NCBI GenBank assembly: GCA_002269645.1
Contig: NIVC01000455.1
Coordinates: forward strand, 62,001-126,000
DNA: 64,000 nucleotides
Reading direction: 5' to 3'
Origin: Macrostomum lignano
Taxonomy: Eukaryota
Both the position numbers and the translations under genes were made by a program. Shown here in pieces: positions 38,595 to 48,273 of this stretch (position 1 is the first letter of the stretch; the number at the start of each line of letters is the position of its first letter). The notes under the pieces are model-generated. The model worked only from the letters and a program-made list of their open reading frames with translations. It made no database searches and was not told where the DNA came from.

Positions 38595-39052
38595 CCCAAT
38601 CCTAAACCCTATCCTAAACCCTATCCTAAACCCTATTCTAAACACCATCCTAAACCCTATCCTAAACCCTATCCTAAACCCTATTCTAAACCCTATCCTA
38701 AACCCTATCCTAAACCCTATCCTAAACCTAAGCCTAAACACTATCCTAAACCCTATCCTAAACCCTATCCTAAACCCTATCCCAAACCCTATCCTAAACC
38801 CTATCCTAAACCCTATCCTAAACCCTATCCTAAACCCTATCCTAAACCCTATTCTAAACACCATCCTAAACACCATCCTAAACCCTATCCTAAACCCTAT
38901 TCTAAACCCTATCCTAAACCCTATCCTAAACCCTATTCTAAACCTAAGCCTAAACACTATCCTAAACCCTATCCTAAACCCTATCCTAAACCCTATCCTA
39001 AACCCTATCCTAAACCCTATCCTAAACCCTATTCTAAACCTCATCCTAAACC
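38595..39052. repeat. 12-bp telomere-like repeat (CCTAAACCCTAT)n
   Basis: Seen directly. It contains CCTAAACCCTA, resembling (CCCTAAA)n, but is not a canonical telomere tract. Confidence 0.9.
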
Positions 39053-39229
39053 AAAGCCAGAGGAGTTTGCTTCGTTTGTAAGTGTTGTTTCCTTCACACC
39101 AGTTCCTACCTGTCAGGGCCTGCCGTAGCACCTGCTCTGGGTGGCACACGCGTACTTTAATTTACTACTGTTGTCAGTAGGCGATCTGGATGGGCAAATC
39201 AAAGGCAAAATTTGCTATCGATAAATTCT

Positions 39230-39780
39230 AGTCAATCAGTCAGTCAGTCAGTCAGTCAGTCAGTCAGTCAGTCAGTCAGTCAGTCAGTCAGTCAGTCAGT
39301 CAGTCAGTCAGTCAGTCAGTCAGTCAGTCAGTCAGTCAGTCAGTCAGTCAGTCAGTCAGTCAGTCAGTCAGTCAGTCAGTCAGTTAGTCAGTTAGTCAGT
39401 CAGTCAGTCAGTCAGTCAGTCAGTCAGTCAGTCAGTCAGTCAGTCAGTCAGTCAGTCAGTCAGTCAGTCAGTCAGTCAGTCAGTCAGTCAGTCAGTCAGT
39501 CAGTCAGTCAGTCAGTCAGTCAGTCAGTCAGTCAGTCAGTCAGTCAGTCAGTCAGTCAGTCAGTCAGTCAGTCAGTCAGTCAGTCAGTCAGTCAGTCAGT
39601 CAGTCAGTCAGTCAGTCAGTCAGTCAGTCAGTCAGTCAGTCAGTCAGTCAGTCAGTCAGTCAGTCAGTCAGTCAGTCAGTCAGTCAGTCAGTCAGTCAGT
39701 CAGTCAGTCAGTCAGTCAGTCAGTCAGTCAGTCAGTCAGTCAGTCAGTCAGTCAGTCAGTCAGTCAGTCAGTTAGTCAGT
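39230..39780. repeat. (CAGT)n microsatellite, ~550 bp
   Basis: Seen directly. Confidence 0.97.
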
Positions 39781-40412
39781 ACACTAACCATTCAAAGCAT
39801 TTGCCAGAATTGAATAGCGCTTAGTTGATCGCGCATCTGAAAGCCTGAAAGAGTATTTAAAGTTAATTGAAACTGCACACTTTCAGTGGAGAGGACTTCA
39901 GGGCAGCGCCGCCCTGATCTTTTACTAAAATATTCGAATATGGTCGTCTTAAACTTGCTAATAGAAATAAACTCGCAGAGAGATTTTAGCTCGTAGTTCA
40001 ATTCTTGATCTGTTTTGTTGTTGTTCAATCTCCGGTGAGACTATACGGTAAACGGAGCAGTGCTCACAATATTGCATAAAAATGACACCAGAAGTCTTTG
40101 ATGCTGTGGGCCACAACACGTAGCGTTGAGTTCGAAGTCAGAATCGCAATACACTCTCTTTAACAGCGTCGTACATTTGTGTTATTATAAAGTTTACAAC
40201 AACTCACTACTACAAAATACTTCACCCGCCAGCCACGCAGTGGCCAGAAAGGGGGGAGAAGTTAGAGAACGCGTCTCTGGGCCAAAGGCTTCAAAAAGTC
40301 AAAAGCCTATCAGTATATCTCGCCGTTCGCCCTCGGCCTCGCCTGCGCGGTCCCTGCAGCTTGAGCAGCAGCAGTTTGTGTTTTTATTCCGTTATGACAT
40401 TCAGAAGTGATT

Positions 40413-40552
40413 TCCAATCTACTAGCGTGCCCTTGGGTATAACTTCCAGAAAATGACTTATCAATCGTGTTGAGTCATCCCATAGGTCGTACTCCGTACC
40501 TGTTTTTTTTAGTTTCTGTAAGTTATGCCCAAGGGCGCGGTTCTGGATTGGA
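40413..40552. other. 140-bp fold-back: 40-bp imperfect inverted repeats (33/40 identical); MITE relic or RNA hairpin
   Basis: 40413-40452 versus the reverse complement of 40513-40552 (core GCCCTTGGG(T/C)ATAACTT). No target-site duplication found. Confidence 0.55.
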
Positions 40553-40620
40553 CATAAGCTCGTAACTTCTGAATGCCGGCAGATATTTTCAAAATTCTAA
40601 AAGTATGTTATAGATAGATG

Positions 40621-42166
40621 TTACATCCGACTTCCGTTACCAACTCGAAGTCCAGGTGAATTATGGTTAGTAATATCAAGCAGCGGTATTGGGCTGGCGC
40701 AGAAGCCGAACATATAGCCGCGAGTGCAGGGCCGGCAGCAGCAGGACTTGACGATGTCTTCGGGGTCCACCAGCATGCAGTTCAGCTCATGAGGCTCTTC
40801 TGGTGCGAATGCACTCCTGCGAACTGATTAAACGGTTTCAGTCATCTCTTAGGCGTTGATACGACTTTATTAGTCAATCAGGTCGCCGGGGGGGGGGGCT
40901 TTGGGCGACGACACAAGTCAAGACGACAAGTCAATCCGCAGTCAGGAAACGCGAAGTCACGCTGGTCCCTGAGCACTGACACTCTGAGCAAACAAGCATG
41001 CATGCAATGGTTACACTCACCGATCCGAACATCATCATCCGTGATCTGGGCCCACAACATGTTCGGGTTGTGGAACATGCCCCGGCACCTCTCTGGAGGT
41101 GACAACTGACCAGAGCTACCAGGAGAAGCTCCAGGGCACCTCTCTGGAGGTGACAACTGATCAGAGCTACCAGGAGAAGCCCCAGGGCACCTCTCTGGAG
41201 GTGACAACTGATCAGAGCTACCAGGAGAAGCTCCAGGGCACCTCTCTGGAGGTGACAACTGATCAGAGCTACCAGGAGAAGCTCCAGGGCACCTCTCTGG
41301 AGGTGACAACTGATCAGAACTACCAGGAGAAGCTCCAGGGCACCTCTCTGAAGGTGACAACTGACCAGAGCTACCAGGAGAAGCTCCATGGCACCTCTCT
41401 GAAGGTGACAACTGATCAGAGCTACCAGGAAAAGCTCCAGGGCACCTCTCTGGAGGTGACAACTGATCAGAGCTACCAGGAGAAGCTCCAGGGCACCTCT
41501 CTGGAGGTGACAACTGATCAGAACTACCAGGAGAAGCTCCAGGGCACCTCTCTGAAGGTGACAACTGATCAGTGCTACCAGGAGAAGCTCCATGGCACCT
41601 CTCTGAAGGTGACAACTGATCAGAGCTACCAGGAAAAGCTCCAGGGCACCTCTCTGGAGGTGACAACTGACCAGAGCTACCAGGAGAAGCTCCAGGGCAC
41701 CTCTCTGGAGGTGACAACTGATCAGAGCTACCAGGAAAAGCTCCAGGGCACCTCTCTGGAGGTGACAACTGACCAGAGCTACCAGGAAAAGCCCCAGGGC
41801 ACCTCTCTGGAGGTGACAACTGACCAGAGCTACCAGGAGAAGCTCCAGGGCACCTCTCTGGAGGTGACAACTGATCAGAGCTACCAGGAGAAGCCCCAGG
41901 GCACCTCTCTGGAGGTGACAACTGATCAGTGCTACCAGGAGAAGCTCCAGGGCACCTCTCTGGAGGTGAAAACTGACCAGAGCTTCCAGGAGAAGCTCCG
42001 AGGCAGCATCACAGCACTGCTTCGACGGAAAAGTTACAGAGATTTTGACAGCTCATGCTCAAGGCTTGTGGAGCTCCCCGATGGACAGCTGACTCGCCTC
42101 GTTTCCATAGGAGCTCGCGACGCCAGCCAGCACACCAGCCATCGCCACCGCAGTAAGAAAATTCAT
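40621..42166 (-). CDS. Candidate small secreted Cys-rich protein (~126 aa), family not recognised
   Basis: CAAAA-ATG at 42166 followed by a signal-peptide-like MNFLTAVAMAGVLAGVASS. One phase-consistent model is 42166-42098 (GC donor GAG|GCGAGT), 42016-41956, 41092-41021, 40799-40621 (TAA), giving ...RCRGMFHNPNMLWAQITDDDVRIEEPHELNCMLVDPEDIVKSCCCRPCTRGYMFGFC.... The last two exons have strong C/G-ending codon bias. The 5' junctions are uncertain; an alternative donor is GCGA|GTCAGC. Confidence 0.45.
41084..42000. repeat. 51-bp minisatellite, ~18 copies, containing an acceptor (CACCTCCAG) and an AG|GT on the minus strand
   Basis: Minus-strand unit GGAGCTTCTCCTGGTAGCTCTGATCAGTTGTCACCTCCAGAGAGGTGCCCT; the last copy continues into the 41092 exon. 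Confidence 0.95.
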
Positions 42167-42519
42167 TTTTGCTGTTGACAGTCTGGTGACAACGTTAATC
42201 TGGAGTTGCACTGCCGACAGTAAGTGTGGCGGGAATTTGAAAATCAATTTTTAAATACACTCTACGAGCGCAGACCGATACATTGCGACTGGAAGTTCAG
42301 AGATTAAAAGAGATCAATGTTCTCAATTTGGAGTAAAAAATTAAAATGTAGAAAAATCAGGCAAAAAATTAGTTAAAAATCTCGTCTATTAATTTTTTCT
42401 CTCGAGTTTGCTAAAAATATTAATTTTAATTGCTCAATTCAAATTAATTTTTCCATAGGAATTTTATTTTGACTGAGCTGCAATTTCGATTTATGATATT
42501 TCGAATAACTTTAAACATT

Positions 42520-42855
42520 ATCCCTCTGTAGCTGGCGCCGCCTCTTTGACTGGCGCCGCCTCTTTGACTGGCGCCCTCTCCGTAGCTGGCGCCCTCTGTC
42601 TGTAGCTGGCGCCCCTGTCTGTAGCTGGCGCCCCTGTCTGTAGCTGGCACCCTGTCTGTAGATTGCGCCCTGTCTGTAGCTGGCGTTGCCTCTTTGACTG
42701 GCGCCCTCTCTGTAGCTGGCGCCCTCTGTCTGTAGCTCGCGCTTCTGTTTGTAGCTGGCGCCCTCTCTGTAGCTGGCGCCCCTGTCTGTAGCTGGCGCCC
42801 CTGTTCGTAGCTGGCGCCCTCTGTCTGTAGCTGGTGCCCCTCTGTAGCTGGTACT
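42520..42855. repeat. Degenerate ~22-bp repeat (GTAGCTGGCGCCCTCTGTCT)n
   Basis: Seen directly. Confidence 0.85.
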
Positions 42856-43134
42856 CCACAGAATTTCAATCCAATTGGCCCAGTTAACAAGTGAGTGAAG
42901 TTATTCAAGTTTTTACCATAAACAACAAACAATCAGCGTGCAGGGCAAGGGCTGGCGTCAGTTGGCTCAATCTGGACCGCATGCGGAGGATCAGGATAGT
43001 TAAAAAGATTAGGTTAAAAATATGGAAATTCGCCAATATATTTCTATCAGTGCAAACTCGATCTGGACTTTTCAGTTACAAGGAAGGTCAAATTACTCTT
43101 AGGCTCGGATCCCGGATGTGCCAGCGCCGCAGTC

Positions 43135-45247
43135 TCACGGCTGAGCATCGTCTCGGTTGAAGGCCACCCGGCTGATTCGGCCCGGGCGTCGGCGACTCGA
43201 ACCCACGACCTCTCCTCCAGCGCCGGCCGCGGCGGAGCTCGCCGTTGTCAGCGAAGCCGCCGTGGCTGTGGAGCTGCGCTTCGACCGTCTGGATGCCGGC
43301 GCGCTGCCCGCCGCCGCACCCGAGACGCCCTCGCGACGGCGCCTCCCGTGAGGCGCGTCGGCGCCGTTCGCCGGGTCTCCACTGCCGCCGCCGCCGTCTC
43401 CGCCCGGCCGGTGCTGCTGCGAAGGCGGCAGAGGCGGCGGCTGGAAGCGCAGGAAGAAGTCGGTGGCGTACAGGCTGGGGTCCGGGGCCCGCGGCGGCGG
43501 CCGGTACAGCGGCGAGCAGTGGAACTCGAAGTTGTGGAACAGGCGGGGGATGTCGCGCTTGGCGCTGGGGCAGCGCCCGCCTGCGGAGGTGGTACGGCTG
43601 CGGGCGGCGCTGCGGGCTCGACCAGCTGAGAATATGGAAGGGGAGGAAGAGTGGGAGAAAGGAAACGGCGCCACCTACCAAATTAAATGGCGCCACCCAC
43701 CAAAATAAAATGGCGCCACCCACCAAAATAAAATGGCGCCACCGAACCAAAATGAAATGGCGCCACCCACCAAAATGAGGTGGCGCAACCCCAAACGAGA
43801 TGGTGCGGCACTCACCCTCGAGTTCGCCCGCTGGCGCGGCTTCGGAGGCGCCCGTTGGCGCCCGGTCAGGCGGAGACCCCGCCGCCACGATGAAGTCGGA
43901 ATCGCACGGCCTGAACATGCTGGCCACGGAGGCCGACGCCGCTGCCGCCGATGAGGCAGCGTTGAAGCTGGACAGGCAGCCTGCGTCAAGGAGATTCGGT
44001 AGTGCGAAGTTGAGCAAAAATTGAGTCAGGACTGGCTACGAGCCCCTGAGAGTCAGGACTGGCTACGAGCCCCTGAGACTTGAGAGTCAGGACTGGCTAC
44101 GAGCCCCTGAGAGTCAGTACTGGCTACGAGGCCCTGAGAGTCAGGACTGGCTACGAGCCCTTGAGAGTCAGGACTGGCAATCCTGATTATCTAGACTATT
44201 TATCTATGGGATCAATAAGCAACCCACTGTATCCGTAAAAATCTGTGATTGACTAGATTAGCAATCCCCTCAAATTCCAACCCGAGGGCTGCCGGACGTC
44301 CTGAAGCTCCTGCAGCTCCTCGAGCACCCGTGTCGCCTCCCGCCGGTCGCAGGCTCTGGCCAGGCCAAGCGGCGTGAGGCCGGCCCTGTTGGCGGTCTCG
44401 GCGGGCAGCTGGTAGCGGCGCAGGGCGGCGCTCAGGAGGCGCAACAGCTGGCCGGAGCTGCTGGCCGACATGGCGGCGAAGTGCATCGGCGAGTTGCCCC
44501 ATCGGTCGACGGCGTCCAGCTGAAAAAGTTTTTTGTGAATAGCTGTGAATAGCAAGACAACCCCCCGCCTTGGGGTTGGCCCTCATTGCTGTGAATAGCA
44601 AGACAACCCCCGCCTTGGGGTTGGCCCTCATTGCTGTGAATAGCAAGACAACCCCCCGCCTTGGGGTTGGCCCTCATTGCTGTGAATAGCAAGACAACCC
44701 CCCGCCTTGGGGTTGGCCCTCATTGCTGTGAATAGCAAGACAACCCCCCGCCTTGGGGTTGGCCCTCATTGCTGTGAATAGCAAGACAACCCCCCCCCCG
44801 CGCACAGCATCGAACCAGGGCGCGAGAGCCAAAGTCATCAAAGACAGTCAGGCCGCGCACCCGGAAGTCGATGGCCTGCAGGAACAGCCGCGCCAGCTGC
44901 ACCCGACCGCAGGCGCACGCGTAGTGCAGCGCGTTCATGCCGCGGCGCGCGTCTCTGGCGCCGACTCTGGCGCCGCGTTCCAGCAGCTGGCGCGCCAGGC
45001 TGACCGCCCAGGCGGAGTCGCGGATCAACGCGCACAAAATCAGCGGCGTGCGGCCCTCCGCGGGCTCCGGCTGGTCCGCGGCGTCGCTGCCCTCCGGCAG
45101 GTCCAGCAGGTGGCGGGCCTCGGCGAAGCAGCCGCGCTGAATGGCGCCGGCCAGGCTGGGGACGGCGGCTGCCGACGCGGCTGAAGCGGCTCTCCGGTGG
45201 TGTCGCAGCGGGTGCCGCTGCTGCTGTTGAGACGACGAGAGCGGCAT
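43135..45247 (-). CDS. Ankyrin-repeat protein, ANKRD63-like, ~426 aa
   Basis: Exons 45247-44861, 44519-44282, 43980-43816, 43625-43135 (TGA); phase-consistent, 1281 nt. Ankyrin motifs EGRTPLILC, GMNALHYAC, WGNSPMHFAA and NRAGLTPLGLA parallel the recalled ANKRD63 (QGRTPLMVA ... GNSPVMWAA ... NRAGLTALQLA). Confidence 0.8.
43665..43795. repeat. ~23-bp repeat (AAATGGCGCCACCCACCAAAAT)n, ankyrin-gene intron 3
   Basis: Seen directly, ~5 copies. Confidence 0.85.
44024..44180. repeat. 27-bp repeat (GAGAGTCAGGACTGGCTACGAGCCCCT)n, ankyrin-gene intron 2
   Basis: Seen directly. Confidence 0.9.
44540..44800. repeat. ~45-bp repeat ending just upstream of the ankyrin-gene exon-2 acceptor; the sense strand carries TCTTGCTATTCACAG decoy acceptors
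   Basis: Seen directly, ~5-6 copies. Confidence 0.9.
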
Positions 45248-46784
45248 CTGACGTTTCTTCGTTTCTTACAGCAGAAGAGGGGCTGACAGCAGCGGCAGCA
45301 ACTGCCCGGGAGGGACTTACGGTAGGGATTAGAATTGCTTCCAGAAGCAAAAGCAGCAGCTCATTGCTGGCTGGCCCTCTTAGACTGTGGAAGCGCGGAG
45401 GCGGCTTCCGGCGGCTGGTTTTTTGGGGTGGCTGCTGCCGCGGCCGCCATCTGCAAGCCCAGTGGCCGGAGCGGGAGGCCCCACCTCCAGTGTGTGCCCA
45501 GGTGAGAGCTGGAGGGATTTCAGAGAGACGCTGGGCGATTTTTGCTGCACAGCAGCTGCTTGCTCACACAAAAACTGCGGAGAGTAGAGATGGGGCAGCC
45601 CGCAAAAAAGTCTTTCATTCAGACTCCCCCTCTCCTTCTCTATTCGTCTCCCCAAGGTAAACTCAGAAAAAAATGGTCAACCCTGCGATGTGTGCTCAAG
45701 CTGCTCAGCACACCGTCCCCCCTAGCTTAGCGACTCTGTTGACTCAAACTCAGCTGAGTCGGGCGAGTCCCCCGCCACCTAACTGACTGTCTGACATATC
45801 ATGAAGTTCTCAAATTTCATAGATAAGCACCGCTTGATCTTCCAATCTGTCTATTGTATAATCTGCTCCCGCAGCCATTGTGTAGGAACAGCTCTTTCCG
45901 CCCAATACTGAATATGAATTCCTCCCTGACAATTGGATTCTTTGAAGTTTGCGGTTATGAATTTTTTTGCTAAAGCCCCAAGTGACACAGTAGCGACCAA
46001 GCAGAACCTTTGACTCGGGATCTGCCGATGCGTGTCATGCCTCATGGTTTTTTCAATAAAAAATCATAAACGTAAATTTCCATCGTAGATCTCTCTTGCT
46101 GCTCATACTACTCAGCTTAAAGTGCGCAAGTAGCAAATCGGGCTTGTTGATCGTATTGTTTAGAATATTTTACCAGAATATTTCTCTCCTCGATGTAGCA
46201 CTAAGTTTACAATATCCCATCTCCGTGAATGTGCTTCATCTGGTATTCAAAGGCCCAGATGATGACATATTGGGAATTTGGAAATTTTTATCCCGACTTG
46301 CTAGTGTACTTTTATTCTTGAAAACAGTTCACAAATTGTATAGGAAATTGAAACAAAACGACTCAGTACTTCAATTGGACACTTTCACTGCAATATTTGA
46401 TGACCAGCGTAATGTTTCTAATTATTTTTGTTTTTAAAAAAGCGCACAAGCATAGTGGCAACTGGTATTGAGACACTCCTTCATATTATATAATGGCAAA
46501 AGCAAAGCGGCAACATTAGGTTACAGTCGGCTGAAGGGAATGCCAAATATTGCAATAAATGACGCATTGTGCGAGACGGAGAGACAACTGACAATCTTTA
46601 GCACCATAAGAAATTAAAATTTTGTGCTGGGTCCAGCCAGCGTGTGTTCGATAGGGGGTAATGAGGTTAATTTTTGCCTCCTAGGGGTTCATCTGCACTC
46701 AACTTCTTAGTTCCTCTGTCTTATCTCCTTTCTAACGTTGTCCAATCCTCTCCTCCTTTCACTCTTCTCTTTTCCCCTTTCCCT

Positions 46785-47190
46785 TATCTGTACCCTAGCC
46801 AACCCCCACCGATCCTTATCTGTGCCCTAGCCAACCCCCACCGCTCCTTATCTGTGCCCTAGCCAACCCCCACCGCTCCTTATCTGTGCCCTAGCCAACC
46901 CCCACGCCTTATCTGTACCCCAGCCAACCCCCACCTCCTCTTTTCTGTACGCCAGCCAACCCCAACTCCCCTTATCTTTACCCTATCCAACCCCCACCTC
47001 CTCTTTTCTGTACGCCAGCCAACCCCAACTCCCCTTATCTTTACCCTATCCAACCCCCACCTCCTCTTTTCTGTACGCCAGCCAACCCCAACTCCCCTTA
47101 TCTGTACCCTAGCCAATCCCACCTCCCCTTATCTGTACCCTAGCCAATCCCCACCTCCCCTTATCTGTACCCTAGCCAATCCCCAATATA
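46785..47190. repeat. Degenerate ~31-bp C-rich repeat (CTTATCTGTACCCTAGCCAACCCCCACC...)n
   Basis: Seen directly. Confidence 0.85.
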
Positions 47191-47904
47191 AGGGGTAACG
47201 GCTTAGACAAAAAGAAAACTTGCTTGGGTCTATCCTATCCAAATACATCCGATCCACAATCAACAGGTACTGCTCTAAAGACTGCAAACAGAAAAACATG
47301 AAAAATTGATGTTTTCTTGCTCAAAATCAAAAGTTTTATAAAATTTAATTTCGCTTATTACGCTCGTAATTTTCTCAGCATTTGCGATAATGAGCACAAT
47401 CTGCTCTTATTGGTCCGTATAGTGACGCTGCAATAATTCATATAATCCGCATAGCTTAAAAAAGCAGTCAAAACAGGTGCAAAAATCGAGGCACATGCAG
47501 TTAATAAGCAAATTGTTGAGCTGAGAGGCTCTGAATAGATAAGGCGGGAATTCACAAACGAAGCAACAAATTATGAAGTATTAACTTATTGATGGGCAGT
47601 TGTAAGGAATCCTAACGCACAAAAGCTAAAAATGAAAACCCGCTTTGCTTGAAAGACGGCAATTAATTTAGTAAAAATGTGCGTGTTTGGAATGTAGAAG
47701 CGCCGATGCACTTTGGTCTCCGGCTTTGGAAACTTTCTTAATGTTGCAAACAACAAGAAGCTGAGTTTGTATGGACAATGGAAGTGGAAATCAAGGCACG
47801 TGTTGAAATCTAAGTTTGTATAATTATAGATAGCATTTGTTCTTGTTGATTTTTTTTTGGTCAACTGCGCCATTTAGCAACTTTTGGGAGGCCAACTGAC
47901 TATC

Positions 47905-48190
47905 TGAGGAGCTCAGGCATACCAGGGGGTCAGGGAGTCAGGGGGTCAGCAGGGAGTCAGGAGGTCAGGGAGTCAGGGGGTCAGGGAGTCAGGAGGTCAG
48001 GGAGTCAAGGAGTCAGGGAGTCAGGAGGTCAGGGAGTCAGGGGTCAGGGAGTCAGGAGGTAAGGGGGTCAGGGAGTCAGGGGTCAGGGGTCAGGGAGTCA
48101 GGAGGTCAGGGGGTCAGGGAGTCAGGAGGTCAGGGGGTCAGGGAGTCAGGGGTCAGGGAGTCAGGAGGTCAGGGGGTCAGGGAGTCAGAT
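47905..48190. repeat. (GGGAGTCAGG)n-type 9-10-bp repeat just downstream of the GPCR stop codon
   Basis: Seen directly. Confidence 0.88.
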
Positions 48191-48273
48191 AATCAGGCAG
48201 CACATTGATTGCAGATGAATCCTTCAAATCCATCACGGCACGGCGAGCCAAGCCGATCACGAGCGGCAGTCGG

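Noticed and set aside
38595-39052. True telomere or chromosome-fusion scar
   Set aside because: The unit is a 12-mer (CCTAAACCCTAT), not TTAGGG/TTTAGGG, and there is no head-to-head inversion.
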